IMG/VR virus record: IMGVR_UViG_3300021599_001640
Source: an uncultured virus (IMG/VR IMGVR_UViG_3300021599_001640)
Lineage: Duplodnaviria; Heunggongvirae; Uroviricota; Caudoviricetes
Strand: one strand, 5' to 3'
Length of the DNA: 64,000 nt
Shown here: positions 42,866 to 55,426 of the stretch, piece after piece
Position numbering within the stretch: position 1 is the stretch's first letter
How the letters are laid out: each line of letters starts with the position of its first letter
Notes under the pieces: model-generated
What the model saw: the letters and a program-made list of their open reading frames with translations, nothing else
What the model was told of the DNA's origin: nothing
The model's database searches: none
Program-made: the position numbers and the translations under genes

Positions 42866-43404
42866 CCGCAGACTATAATGATTACATGTTTTATGCACCA
42901 ATTTATCACTACGCAGTGAGAGATTGGAAGAATAAAAAAACTTCTTTGATGGAATTGTATAACAGGATTGATAGAAACTTAGAAAGAAAAGATGATGACA
43001 GTGTGATTACAAATTATCATAAGGATTCACTTTCTATGATAGAAAGTATTTCCGAAATTTTTACTGATGAGATCAATTTGTTTTGTGGTAAAGTTCAATC
43101 TCGATTCAAATTAGCCTGTGCATGGTTTGAATTGACTGATAAACATGCTTATCACTCAATGCACAATCATGGATGTACGGGATACAGTTCGGTGTGTTAC
43201 ATCAAATACAATAGTGATGAACATAAACCCACACATTTTATGTCTCCTTTTCCAAACTTTTTAACTGGTCTTCAACTAACTTATACTCCAGAAGTTGATG
43301 AAGGCTCAATTATATTTTTTCCATCATATATCAGTCACTTTACTGAACCTAATTTGTCTGATGAGAATAGACTAATCGTATCTTTTAATCTACAATCAGT
43401 TTGA
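42862..43404 (+). CDS. Putative 2OG-Fe(II) oxygenase (TIGR02466-like)
   Basis: H.MHNH, S.V.Y, FFPS...H..PN and R.IVSFN motifs. Confidence 0.75.
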   Translation: MTADYNDYMFYAPIYHYAVRDWKNKKTSLMELYNRIDRNLERKDDDSVITNYHKDSLSMIESISEIFTDEINLFCGKVQSRFKLACAWFELTDKHAYHSMHNHGCTGYSSVCYIKYNSDEHKPTHFMSPFPNFLTGLQLTYTPEVDEGSIIFFPSYISHFTEPNLSDENRLIVSFNLQSV

Positions 43405-43736
43405 GATGATGTACCCCAACACAAGTATTCTTGATCCCGACAATGGCCCTACTGGATTTACCACTCCAGACTTCCAATTTGCTGCTATTCCATTTGGAAA
43501 AGAATACATGATCATTGCAGATGGCCAACAACTTGAAGTAGTCAAAACAAGACAACTTGCAGAGATTCGGCTTGAACAATTAAAAAACTCGCATCGGACT
43601 CTGAAGAAGGGTACTAAGACCCCTGCACCACCAAAATCACAAAAAAAGGCGAAAACGTCTAGTGGCCGCAAGGGGTCTCAGGGACCAAAGCCAAAGGCCA
43701 CCAAGGGTTCTACCAAGTCTCCTAAATCTAAGAGTG

Positions 43737-43793
43737 TGACAGTCAAGAAACCGTACACTCTTCATCCAAATCCATTGATGGATGCACTACTCT
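43737..43793 (+). promoter_or_regulatory. Dyad-promoter cassette, copy 6
   Basis: TGACAG-TCAAGAAA-CCGTAC; TACTCT at 43788, then AGCTAT. Confidence 0.7.
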
Positions 43794-45121
43794 AGCTATA
43801 GTTCAGAAAAATGTCTATCGAAGAAAAACTCTTATCTTTGGGATTTGCATACAATGCAAAGGGGAATGTTCTATCAAAACGTGTCTTACGAAAAAGTCAA
43901 ATCCCCATAGGTTGTTTCTTCAAATCCTTAGAAACTGGTGTTGAGTTTTACTCTCAAAATCCAGAAGATGATACTAAGTGGGATCATCTTATTATGACAA
44001 GAGATTTTGAAGAAGTTCTACTTGACGAAACTGTTACTGCACAATCAATTCTTGAATTATGACCACAAAAACTAAAATGAAACGAGTTTGTGTTACTCCT
44101 CTCTCTAGTAAGGCTAAAAACCGATTCCATAACATTATGGATCAGTTTCATACCTGTACTGTTGAACAAGAGAAGACTATTGATGGAGTTCCACATTTGT
44201 TTCTAGTTTCGATGAATGGTCAATACTGTTTCTGGGTTCCGAATAAAGGTAACGAACACTGGAAAGTTGAAAAGTGACAGTCGAACTTTTTCATAAAGCT
44301 CCTAATGGTTATCATTATGAACAAGAAAAAGATTTCAAGAGAAATGTTACTGCTATCTGGTTACATCATCATAGGAAGTATGACTTTAATCTTGGAAAAC
44401 CAGTTAAAACCATCTGGGGATTCTACAATACAAAAACCAGACAATTCCACGCACCAGTTAATAGTCAGACAGTGGGAAGTGTAGTTGAGATTGAAAATAC
44501 TACCCCATATACGGCTATGCCTATCAAAATAACTCCACTTGAAGCTGCATTTGCATGATTAAAAGTAAGAAAGAACTTATCAGGTATCTTGAAAACTACC
44601 ATGAATCGAGATGTAGTGATCTTGCATCTGAAGGTAGAGAAAAAGATGCAATGTCCATCTACAGTGAAATTATTGTAGATGAAGAAGATCCAGATTCCTA
44701 TTTGTTTATTTCCCTCCACAAAGTATTATGAAGTACAAAGTTGATTGGACCTCTCCAACTCAGGGTGTTCGCTCTACTACAGTTGACGCACTGACTTTGA
44801 ACACGGCTCGAGAACAAGTTGAGTCAATGTATAGGGATCTTAAAGGATTCAAAGTAGTTTGCATTTCTCCTGTTTTCGAGAAAAAGGAATACGAAGAACC
44901 TGAGACTTACTCTACATCCAGTCAATCAGATAATCGTAGTTCTGATCCTGATGATTTTAATTTGAGTACGATTGTAGGAACTGCGGGCATTTGTATTGGT
45001 GCATTTATCGCACTTATTGGGTTGTTTAGTCTTCCTTCTGGTATCATCGCTCTAGTTATTGGTGGACTCATTGGCTGGGGTGGTATGCAACTCGGCTTCT
45101 GGATTAGTGACAGAGGTTGGT

Positions 45122-45503
45122 GATGGATTACATTACTCCAACGCATCAAGAAATTCTTGACGTATTAAATAGAGTCAACATTCAAATCATTGTTGACAAC
45201 CATCCTATCTGTGATAGTAAACAGTATGATGGCTTTGTTATGAGTACCAAAGATTCTCGTAATAGTTCTGATCGCACACAATTCTTGTTGTGTGTTGAGG
45301 CCATGCAACAGAACTATACTGATTGGATTGGAGAAGTGAATCGCACATTAGCTCATGAAGCTCTTCATGTAGCACAACTATGTAAATCTAAAGATGGTTT
45401 ATTTTATCCTCTTGGATTTAGGAATGATGTAGAAAAAGAAGCTTTTGCGGTTCAAGAACAACCGAGAGAAGTTCTTCGTATTCTCAAAAAGTATTGTCTT
45501 TGA
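45122..45503 (+). CDS. HExxH zinc metallopeptidase-like protein
   Basis: TLAHEALHVAQ...EKEA. Confidence 0.65.
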
Positions 45504-45506
45504 CCA

Positions 45507-45535
45507 TTGACAAATACGGACAAAACCCTTACACT
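45507..45535 (+). promoter_or_regulatory. Sigma70-type promoter
   Basis: TTGACA-17-TACACT. Confidence 0.7.
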
Positions 45536-46166
45536 ATAAAAGTAATTCACAACTTACAATGACACAAAAATTTCTTTACATCGTTGATCATTATGTTCCC
45601 TTTCCCTCTAGTGAGTATGGTGGGCTTTGGAATGTAGTTGCTACCGACGATGATGAATGTTTTGAGATGATTGTTGCTGAAGATGATGGCAATTTCAATC
45701 AGCCATATTACAATAAACTTCGAGAAAACATTCTTAATTCCCGTACTTTTGCTCTTGCAGAAGATGGTCTAGATTCTTGCGTTGTAGAAAGTTTTACGAC
45801 ATGATAAACTTTACTGAGCACGAATGTGGCATCATCAATGATGCAGTAAGATTTTATCAAATGAACAAAAGTACAACAGGAAGTAAATTGTACTGGGATT
45901 GTGATTCTATTCTAAGAAAAGTTTTTCCATACAAAAAACTTGATGGTATAGAACCAGGATACAGATCAGATACATAATTGTTGTTAGTTTTTGAGTTTCT
46001 ATGTTAGATCCTAGATTCCAAGATCCGGAAAGACAAAAAAGATTAAGACAACAAAAAAGTGATGCTCTTAAGGTCATTATGAGTGAGATGTTGGATAATC
46101 CATCCTCAAAGGAAAATCAACAATTAAAAGATGTAATAGAGTTTCTGGATAAAGTAGAATAGTATG

Positions 46167-46224
46167 TGACGCTTTGAGAACTGTCACAGGGGCTCTTTAC
46201 AGAGCCCCTTTTTGCATGTATTGT
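46167..46224 (+). promoter_or_regulatory. Dyad-promoter cassette, copy 7, overlapping a terminator-like hairpin
   Basis: TGACGC-TTTGAGAA-CTGTCA; AGGGGCTC/GAGCCCCT stem with T run; TATTGT at 46219. Confidence 0.75.
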
Positions 46225-46230
46225 GGCTAC

Positions 46231-47175
46231 ATGAAGAACACTCACCTCGAACATCCCGAAGATTCTGTACTTCTCGGTAAGAAGGCTGTGCAGGATACTA
46301 TCAACTATCTGCGTAACTGCAAAGGTGATTGTAGTGTGAAGTATGATGGTGCTCCTGCCATTGTGTTTGGGACGCATCCTGTCACTAATCAATTCTTTGT
46401 AGGGACGAAAAGTGTATTCAATAAGAAGAAAGTTAAGGTTAATTATACTCACGCTGACATCGAAAAGAATCACGGTAATAATTCCAAAGTTGCAGGAATA
46501 CTTCACACTTGCCTTGAAGTATTGCCTAAGTTGGAGGGTGTTTACCAAGGTGATTTTATTGGGTTTGGTGGTACTAACCGATTCACCCCTAATACTATCA
46601 CTTATACCTTCAATACCGATAGCGATTCTTTTCGTAATTGTTCTGTGGTCTTTGCTGCTCATACACGGTATTCTGGAGATACGTCATGCGTTGAAGGTTC
46701 GGAGAACCCGCTCAACAAACTGAGTGCATCTTTTGATGTTCCTGAGTATCTCAAACACAACTTTATGTCAACTTACTTTGTGAATGGTGATGCACAATTT
46801 ACCTCCCGTCGTCGTAGGATTGATTACCTTCTTGGCCTTGCAAGTTTGGTTAGCAATTTTGTTAGATACCCTGAAGAAAAAGAAGTAGCAAATCTCAAAG
46901 TTGCGATCAATAAGTGCATCCGAGAGAATGTTCCTGTTGATTGTATTGACGGCAATCTTCTCCTGTTGTTCAACCTGTTGACCAAAGCCAAGGATTTGAT
47001 TGTAGAAGGAATCACCGTCACTGGTGATCAAGTTGATGCAGTGATTGATCTCGGTGTGGATTATGTTGCGTCTGGCCATGAAGGTTATGTTCACTCTAAT
47101 GATTATGGGACTTTCAAGTTAGTCAACCGTCGTATGTTCTCTTACTTTAACTTCACCAAACCAAAAGGTTGGTAG
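46231..47175 (+). CDS. DUF6267-like protein with a KxDG nucleotidyltransferase/ligase-type motif
   Basis: MKNTHLEHPED, VKYDGAPAIVFG, YQGDF, HEGYV and KLVNR motifs. Confidence 0.6.
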   Translation: MKNTHLEHPEDSVLLGKKAVQDTINYLRNCKGDCSVKYDGAPAIVFGTHPVTNQFFVGTKSVFNKKKVKVNYTHADIEKNHGNNSKVAGILHTCLEVLPKLEGVYQGDFIGFGGTNRFTPNTITYTFNTDSDSFRNCSVVFAAHTRYSGDTSCVEGSENPLNKLSASFDVPEYLKHNFMSTYFVNGDAQFTSRRRRIDYLLGLASLVSNFVRYPEEKEVANLKVAINKCIRENVPVDCIDGNLLLLFNLLTKAKDLIVEGITVTGDQVDAVIDLGVDYVASGHEGYVHSNDYGTFKLVNRRMFSYFNFTKPKGW

Positions 47176-47232
47176 GGACAGTTGCCTGGCTGTCCACCAG
47201 AGGCGCCAGGATCGTTCCTGGCATCGTATCTT
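47176..47232 (+). promoter_or_regulatory. Dyad-promoter cassette, copy 8
   Basis: GGACAG-TTGCCTGG-CTGTCC, CGCCAG-17-TATCTT, then AGCTATGTTGAGA. Confidence 0.85.
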
Positions 47233-48767
47233 AGCTATGTTGAGAGGTTCACCCATGACTCGTCTTGAAATCCAACAGGCACTGTATGAGACTCGCAACA
47301 ACTATCTCAAAGCAAAAGCTTCGGTAGAGTTCTATCGTAAGGAGATCATGTTCCTCAAGGAATGTGAAGCAAACCTGGACAAACCTGAAGGTTGGTTGTA
47401 TCAAGAAATGTTCGGAGCTGAAGTATGAAGGTTGAACTCACCGACTATCAGATCAATTTGATTCTTTATTGTCTTGAACAACAAACTTATGAGTTTAGTT
47501 GGGACGAAAAGAATGACTACACTGGTATCCTAAGGGCTATTGAGTCTGCTGCTAACTTTGAGTACGATTTCGGGTATTAAAGATGACTAACTTTATGACT
47601 TGGGATAAGTTGAAAAAGCAGATGACGATTGAAGCTGTTGAATACTACATCTATCGGATGAAGGAAGACAACTGCAATCAAGCTGCGATTGATGTCTACA
47701 CAAAGTTTTTGGAGGAACTTGAATCGGAATGACCTACACAATTTCAAAAGAAATTAGAATCCACAATGATCAAGATGGTTGGGAGTATGTATTTACAACC
47801 GATGATTATGGAACTGTAAATGTGCAAGATAGTAATGGTCCTACATTTCAAACCATTCACATTCCTAGGGATTGTATTCAACACTTCATTGATGCTTTGG
47901 AAGAACTGAAATGAACTATCAATGTCCTCGTTGTCAAGAACGTGTAAAAGATTGGGAAGGTGATGATCCCAAATGTGGTTTTGATGAGAATGGCAACTTT
48001 CTAGAAAATAACTGGAATTGTGCTACTCTCAATGCTCTGCGTGAGAGAGCAGAAGAGAACACAGTGTGGAGTAACAATCAACAAAATGTTTCTGTCATTC
48101 AAACATATGATGTAGGACATGCTATCCTCTCTTGGTATAAGTGGAGAGGTCAAACTGATGACTTCCGTGATGGTTACTTTGATCGTGGAACTCTAACGTA
48201 TGCCCAACAGATTCTAGGTGATAGAGAACCTGACAATGGTTTTGATGGTTGGGAAGATTCTATTTTTGATGAGGATGAAGAATGACTAACTCAAATCTCT
48301 CTAAGATCCGTCCCAAACTGAGGACAACTGGGCGTGTTTCTGGTAACTTTGGACGAAACAAAGTTGTTAGTGGATCTCCCATAAATGATCTAGGTATTAC
48401 TAAAGTTGAAGTCGTCAAGTGTGCGACACAAGATGAATATCTTGCACGACTTTGGTACGCATTTGATAACACTGACGATGATAAACTTCGTCTTTTCCTA
48501 CATCAAGAAATCCGCAAAATCCACATTCAACGAGGTACATGGTGATGAGAAAAAAGTACAACTTCAATAACATGTCTCTTGCAGAGCTTCTGGGAATCTT
48601 TGTAGGTATCCTTGCAATCGTGTTTCTCTTTCTCAGTTTTGAAGCTTGGTTGCTTGGACTGATTCTATCTTGGTTTGCAGTTCAACTCACCTTCTGGCAA
48701 TGTTTCGCTATTGTCTTTCTCATTCAGGCCATTTTGGGCTCTGCAAAGAGCAATAACTGACCTAGTG

Positions 48768-48823
48768 TGACGGTTGGCGGACTGGACACCAAACCCGCCA
48801 ACCGCAGCCAGATCCTGTATCTT
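48768..48823 (+). promoter_or_regulatory. Dyad-promoter cassette, copy 9
   Basis: TGACGG-TTGGCGGA-CTGGAC, CGCCAA, TATCTT at 48818, then GGCCATGTTGAGA. Confidence 0.8.
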
Positions 48824-49473
48824 GGCCATGTTGAGAGATGAATCAAATGCGAATCGACATCCGTTGTCCTGCTGCTCCCTGGGAGAATCACACCACTGAT
48901 CTAGACAGAGCATACGACATCGCATACAATTTGAGTGAAGAATACCAGTGTGATGTTGACCTCTACTACAACACCACTGGCACACTTTACACCACTGTTT
49001 CTGCCTGAACAATGTCAGTATCTATTCTGCGTCCTGAACAACAATTCCTGTTCACACATGAACAGATGGGCTTAATTTATGATCTCTTGAGTGCATATTT
49101 GGGAGAGACAAATCATCCTGATGAAGTTGCTCTCACTCAGGAAACTCTAGATGTTATCACCATTCAATCCGTATGATCTATAAAGTATTGATTGAGTTCA
49201 CAGACAACAACTTTGAAGAAAAAATTATAGCATCTAATGCCTCAGCGGGAACTTTATGCGACAAGATTTTATGTCAAGATCGCATAGGTAAAATCCGATC
49301 TGTAGAAGCAAATCCACTTAAATCTTTAGGAGAATAATTATGTTCACATCCTTGACTATATTTGTTGCATGGTTTGCCTTTGGTTACTGTATTGCTGACA
49401 TTATCACGAATTGGCGTAGTCAAAAACAAATTGATGAGCTCGTCAAAGAGATTGTAAAAGAAGGCGATAAACA

Positions 49474-49779
49474 ATGATCCTCGCTGGATTGATGTGTGGA
49501 ATCGCAACATTTTATGGTGTTGGTGATGGATTCCACGGCCAAACAACTGCAAGCGGAAAATCATTCAATGCCTATGGTCTGACTGCTGCTCATCCATACT
49601 TGAGAATGGGCAGCAAATTACGCATCACAAATCAGGATAACATGAAACAAGTTATCGTGACTGTGAATGATCGTGGACCGTACAGCCATGCGGATATTGA
49701 TCTTTCGTATGGGGCTTTTAGGAGAATTGCTTCACCTTCACAAGGTAACGCAGTTGTATGTTTTAGGGTGATCGGTTAG
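49474..49779 (+). CDS. RlpA-like double-psi beta-barrel (lytic transglycosylase family)
   Basis: ATFYG..FHG.TTASG, TAAH, VNDRGPY and IDLS motifs. Confidence 0.85.
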   Translation: MILAGLMCGIATFYGVGDGFHGQTTASGKSFNAYGLTAAHPYLRMGSKLRITNQDNMKQVIVTVNDRGPYSHADIDLSYGAFRRIASPSQGNAVVCFRVIG

Positions 49780-49962
49780 TTACAACAATTCATTTTTGAT
49801 GAATCTGATTGCAGGGGATGACCTAATCCCCTACTGGGGTAAAATTGCAGAAAAATCATTGTTTGCTCAAACTCAGATCCCTTGCCACGACAGGGATCTC
49901 AAAGAGAGATCGGTGCGACGCTTTGAGGGTTGGACAGATCAGAGGCAAACCGAGCCAGAGTG

Positions 49963-50019
49963 TGACAATCCCCAAACCGCACACCAATTCAACCAAAGGT
50001 GGCCATGAGGATGTATCTT
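49963..50019 (+). promoter_or_regulatory. Dyad-promoter cassette, copy 10
   Basis: TGACAA-TCCCCAAA-CCGCAC; TATCTT at 50014, then AGCTATGTTGAGA. Confidence 0.8.
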
Positions 50020-50456
50020 AGCTATGTTGAGACAAACACACAAACCTCATGACTTTCGTTGACGCACTGATTGCATCGGGTTATGTATTCGATGATGAGA
50101 ATTATGATGGTTGTTATGTAAAACAAGATTCCGAAGGTTTCATTCATCTTTACCAGGAAAATGTGGATGATGATACTGACACTCTCTGGAATTATGTCAA
50201 GATGACTGATGATTTTGATGTGATTCATGAAGTAACTTTTGATCCTAATGTTGACACCATTGTTGAGTGAATCATGAACGACAAAACTAAACTCATTCTC
50301 GCATTGATGCAAATTGATAACATCACCAACCTGATGAAAGAGAATGAGTATGAGCACTTTATGGTGTCGCATTTAATTCCTCTCAAAGTAGAAATGGAAC
50401 GACAATTAACTAACTTGAACCGACCCGAATCTAAATAATTAAAAATTAGATTCAAG

Positions 50457-50663
50457 ATGAAAACCTTTCAAGAGTTCGTTGCTGAAATGGCCTATAAGGG
50501 AATGAGTAAAGAGAAAGAAAGTAGGATCAAAAAACAAATGACTGCGGCTAAAAAGTCATCGAAGAAAGCATCACAAGAAGGTGATGATGAGGCTGCAGAG
50601 AGACACGATCAAAGGCACAGAGCCCTGCGAGATAGAGTCAAACGCAGCGATCTGCCTTTCTGA
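50457..50663 (+). CDS. Putative capsid-packaged internal protein (T4 IP-like)
   Basis: N-terminus MKTFQEFVAE versus the T4 capsid-targeting sequence MKTYQEFIAE; basic; late-promoter-like CTAAATA at 50431. Confidence 0.65.
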   Translation: MKTFQEFVAEMAYKGMSKEKESRIKKQMTAAKKSSKKASQEGDDEAAERHDQRHRALRDRVKRSDLPF

Positions 50664-50673
50664 TGTAGCAATG

Positions 50674-50730
50674 TGACAGTCTGCGGGCTGTCCACTGATC
50701 GTGCCGAAGGGGGCTGTGGCCCTGTATCTT
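50674..50730 (+). promoter_or_regulatory. Dyad-promoter cassette, copy 11
   Basis: TGACAG-TCTGCGGG-CTGTCC, TGCCGA-17-TATCTT. Confidence 0.85.
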
Positions 50731-51599
50731 AGCCATGTTGAGAGGAATCACTGATGACTGACCGCAAGTTTCACAACATGAGCGTCGAAGATCGTGAGAT
50801 GTTTGCTTACAATGCAGCTTACGAGCGTCGTCAACAACAACTCGCTGCAGTTGCTCCTGAGCTGCGTATCAAATACTGCTTCGAGTTTCTGAAAGGTTAT
50901 GTTGCTGATGGTGATGATCTGATGTCAGCTCGTTGTTACGATGGCATCGCAAAGTACAGCGACAAACTTGACTGGTCTGAGGCACACTACTGATCATGCA
51001 CATTCCTTTTTTCACCAAGCTTAACATTGGTGTTGATAGTTTCAAGGATGCTCTTTACTGGTGGAATGAGAATGAAATGCCCGCCTTCTGGGTTGAACTG
51101 AATAGTGGTTACTATCAGCTACATCCCCAACAATACGCTGAGGTTATGCTGGGGGAAGGTTATGCTGATGTTGTCTACACTAACTGATTCGGAATGACTT
51201 ACAAAGAACTCCTGCAACAGCTTCAACAACTCACCGAAGATCAGCTCAACTCTGATGTTGCTATCTATGATGAAGGCACCGATGAGTATTATCAACTCAA
51301 AGTTGAGTTGGTATTTACTACCGGAGAATGTGATGTTCTTGATCCTGACCATCCTGTAATTCGTTTCTGATGATGTACGCAACCCTAGCTGAGTTTTACC
51401 GTTATGTTTATGCCTTCTATGGTCGTGGTGGTGTGTATCCCATGGGCGCAACTTTAGATGAGATTGAATCAGCAACTAAGATTCTCATTCGTGAGCTCAC
51501 CGCAACAGATAAAGACTTTGTGGGTGATAGCATTGATCGTGAGCTTGTGCGGGACATCCTCATTTCAGAATACGGCTTAGAGTTTCCTGACTAAGTATG

Positions 51600-51656
51600 T
51601 GCCAGTTGGCGGGCTGTCCACCAAATCCGCCAAAGGGGCTCAGGGCCCTGTATCTT
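51600..51656 (+). promoter_or_regulatory. Dyad-promoter cassette, copy 12
   Basis: TGCCAG-TTGGCGGG-CTGTCC, CGCCAA-17-TATCTT. Confidence 0.85.
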
Positions 51657-52745
51657 AGCCATGTTGAGACAAACAAACGCAATGAGTCAATTCATTTGTA
51701 TCACTTTCGGTCCTCGCAATGATGATCCTGCACAATTCTGGAATGAGCGTACTTTCTGGGATCGTCAATCACAAGCAGAAAAGTGGGGTCTCAAGTCTCT
51801 CTCGATTGCAGGAACTTTCGGTTATGTTGTGATCGAAGATTGTGAAGATTCGTGGGAGATTGTTGATGAGTGCGGAGCACCTGATCATGCTGTGAGTATT
51901 TCCTGCGACAGACTTGGCACCTATTCTGTTCAACCTGCACCTAAACTCATTCTGATCTGATGAACAAACAAATGGAAATGATCGACATTCTGCAAGAAGA
52001 ATGCCGCAAAGATTCTGAACTCCTCGATATGATCATTGAGGAATATGTGATGGGGCTAAATGCTTTTGAAGAAGCAAATCTTGAAGATTTTATTGTCAAC
52101 AACTTCGGAGATCTTTGATCATGGCTGCTAACAACACTCTCGCACATCTCCGTGATCGTGTGCAGCGTTTGATTGAACAACAGGGAGAAGATGCTCCTGC
52201 TGCTGCATTTATCTTTACCAATGCAGATGTATTCATTTGGGATGAAGGTGACGGAGATCAAATGCCTGTAGAACGTCAAATTGCTTCCGACATTCTCAAT
52301 GAGATTGAGGACTATGATCACATTTACACTGAGGTATTTGATCTGATCGAAGAAGAACTCAAGGCTCGCAATCTTATCGAAAATGACTGAGCACACTGGT
52401 TACACTTTCAACCGAGTTAAGTTCACCAAAGATGAGGAAACTTGTCTCTTACGTTTGCTGTTCCAAGCACGAGATTGTGGGAACTGTAATGTTGATGAAG
52501 AATGGCTGCCTTTGTGTAATGATCTGATCACAAAGTATTACAACAGCCAGATCAAAGAAGCTCAACCTATCCAAACTCTCTGAAATTATCATGGTCGTTC
52601 ACTTCTATGAAGGTCAGTCTTACTCTTGGGAGTATTCCAACCGCAGCTATGATGATAGCGGATGCTGGGAGGATTATCTGACTGCCGATGAGTATGAAGA
52701 TGCTCTAGATCGTAAGCGGTTTGAGCAATCAAATCGAGACTGGTA

Positions 52746-52801
52746 GGCCAATTCACTGGCTGCACACTAAAGCTGCCGAGTGCAGCCAGAACCTGTATCT
52801 T
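52746..52801 (+). promoter_or_regulatory. Dyad-promoter cassette, copy 13
   Basis: GGCCAA-TTCACTGG-CTGCAC, TGCCGA, TATCTT at 52796. Confidence 0.8.
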
Positions 52802-53737
52802 GGCCATGTTGAGAGGAATCGCTCCCCAATGTTTGACGAACTCTGGTCCGAGATTGCTGATGCTCCTGGTGAGATCTTCGACCGTCCGATGACAGCAGAA
52901 GAACGAGCTGAGTTTCAGAGAGTCTGTGAAATGTCTGAAGAAGAGTATTACTATTACATGGAAGCTGCCTGAAATGATGAACGATCTCCGTCAACGTTGT
53001 ATGGATCTCGCCGATGAAATGTCGGCCGAGATCAATGGCAACCTGTTCTATGTTCCCGACGAAGACATAGAGAACTGCCTCAAAGCTCTGACTGAGGATA
53101 ACATCCAAGATGTCGCAGCTGAACTTGCAAACCTAGCTCACTGGTTTAACTGATCATGAATCTGAACACTCTTGAATTGCTCATTGCTGACTGCTTTGAG
53201 TACATCAATGACAACGATCCCAAAGCTGGTGCGTATTGGAGCAACCAACTCTTCACCAAGCAAGGTGACATCAAACGTCATATGATTACTGAGATGACGC
53301 TTCAGCGGCTAGAGAACATCGCTGCTGAACTCTGCGACTATCAGGAAGTCTGATTAACACAAACACAACACACACAAAACAATGGAACTGACCAAAGCTT
53401 TCCCTCCCGCTGACGATCTGATCATGAAACTGCAAGAGATTGATTACAGCAAACACTTCCACAAATACATGGACATTGTTGAAACTATTGTGGTGTGGAT
53501 TGCCGCAATCGCTACTATCATCTTCGAGAAGCTGCAGACGATGCGATTCAAAACTCCCGACACGATTGCTGACTACTTCTACTTCAACATCAACATGATT
53601 GCTGCTCCTGGTGATGAGATTGTGGGTCTGAGTGTAGGCAATCGTTACATCGGTTTCTATGGCGACTCTCTGAACTGGGGTGTGCTCGACGAGAACGGCT
53701 GCCTTTGATTTGAGCGAACAATTAAATTGATTTAATT

Positions 53738-53779
53738 CTGGCTGCATGGAGTGATCCAACCTACCATGCAGCCAGTTTT
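53738..53779 (+). terminator. 12-bp hairpin with T tail
   Basis: CTGGCTGCATGG...CCATGCAGCCAG followed by TTTT. Confidence 0.6.
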
Positions 53780-53884
53780 AACGCTTTTTCCGGTTTCTGC
53801 CGTAGTGGTGGCCATGAGTCTCACCGCTTGCGACTTGAGACTGGCTGGGGGCTGGGTCAGATCCTACCAAACCTGGCCGGTGTG

Positions 53885-53941
53885 TGACAATCGGGTGGCT
53901 GTCCACTGATCCCGCCGAGAGGGCCCGTTAGGCCCTATATT
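53885..53941 (+). promoter_or_regulatory. Dyad-promoter cassette, copy 14
   Basis: TGACAA-TCGGGTGG-CTGTCC, CGCCGA-17-TATATT, then GGCCACATG. Confidence 0.85.
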
Positions 53942-54821
53942 GGCCACATGAGGGAGAGGGAACGACCTCCCCCCACCAAACCATTCTCCGCTCAAACCAT
54001 GCGTAAGATCGAAACTCTGATGAACCAGGCCATCCAGAAAGAAATCGACTGGAAGCTGGACAACACTGAAGTAATCAGCTGCTCCAACGTTTCTGATGTC
54101 TACCTGCATGGCAACCTGATTGCTCGTATCGGTGAAACTTGGATGGAACTGTTTGACGGTGGCTGGCAGACTGCTACCACCAAGTCCCGTCTGAATGCTA
54201 TTCTCTCTGCACACGGCTGCCCTGGTGAGCGTGTCTTCCAACAGAAAGGCCAGTGGTTCATCACCATCAACGGAGCTAAGGTTCCTTTCTTCTCGGGTAT
54301 GCGTCTGAACTGATGGCTAGAACCAAAACGCTAACATTCAAGTCACCAAACAAAATGAAAACAATTGGCCTGATCTTTGTGATAGCGTTTCTGATCTTTC
54401 CATCAGTTCGCTACACCACTGGGAGCATTCTGCACTCCACTGGTGACTTCATTCAATCCACAGCTGATTGATTACGATGAAGCACACCAACACAGTTCGC
54501 ATCATTGACCGCCTCGGCTTGTTCCCTGAAACTAGAGGAAAAGCCCGCTACATCTCGGTCAAAACTTATGCTCATGCAATGGAGATTGTCGATGAGCAAA
54601 ACAAACTTGGCAACACAGCCACACTGATTAACTGGTAACAAATTATGGCTAAAGATTCTACAATGGTTGAAACTGAATACTACGAGCTTCCGCTTGATTT
54701 TTATCTGAAGTGTGAGTTCATTGCTGCTCAATTAGAGGTCACAGTTGATTACCTTCTGGAGGAGTTTTACGATGATGGTGAACTCATTGTGCCAAACTTT
54801 GTGCAGGAATGAGCAACAATA

Positions 54822-54877
54822 GGACAGTCTGATGGCTGTCCACTAAATACGCCGCACCCAGCCAGAACTGGTATCTT
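54822..54877 (+). promoter_or_regulatory. Dyad-promoter cassette, copy 15
   Basis: GGACAG-TCTGATGG-CTGTCC; TATCTT at 54872. Confidence 0.85.
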
Positions 54878-55426
54878 AGCCATGTTGAGAGATTCAACCG
54901 AACCCCAAATGTTCACAATCACCTATCAAGTTCCCTACAACAACTGTGAGTGGCGGACTCAAAGCTTCAAGACTCTCGCTGAAGCAGAGTCGATGATAGC
55001 TTTCTACCGCTCCTGTGGTTCACCTGCTAAACTTGTCTGATCATGAAAACTTTAACTCTTCAAGTTACAGACGTTGAGTTTGATTTTGATGATGAAGATT
55101 TTACGATTGAAGAGCAACTAGAAGTTATCAGCTCTGTCGTTGGTAACACCTTTGAGGTTGAAGTTGATGATGACGATGATGATGAAGCCATCGCACATTG
55201 TCTAGTTGAAGAGGTGACAGATGCCACTGGTTGGTGTGTCTTCTCTCTTAATTTTGTTCACATTCTTAACACTCACTGACATGCGAATCGCTCTTCTGAT
55301 TGCTACTCTTGCTCTTGGGCTGAAGACTGGTCTTGCTGCTCATGCGACTGTGAATGCTTATCAAGAAGCACAAGCCGAACGGATGTGCCAGATTGATCCA
55401 AGCTACTGCGGACTGAAGCAAAAATA

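Noticed and set aside
46165..46188. Dyad as a CRP or NtcA site (TGTGA...TCACA)
   Set aside because: Half-sites are 14 bp apart rather than 6, and there is no GTA-N8-TAC.
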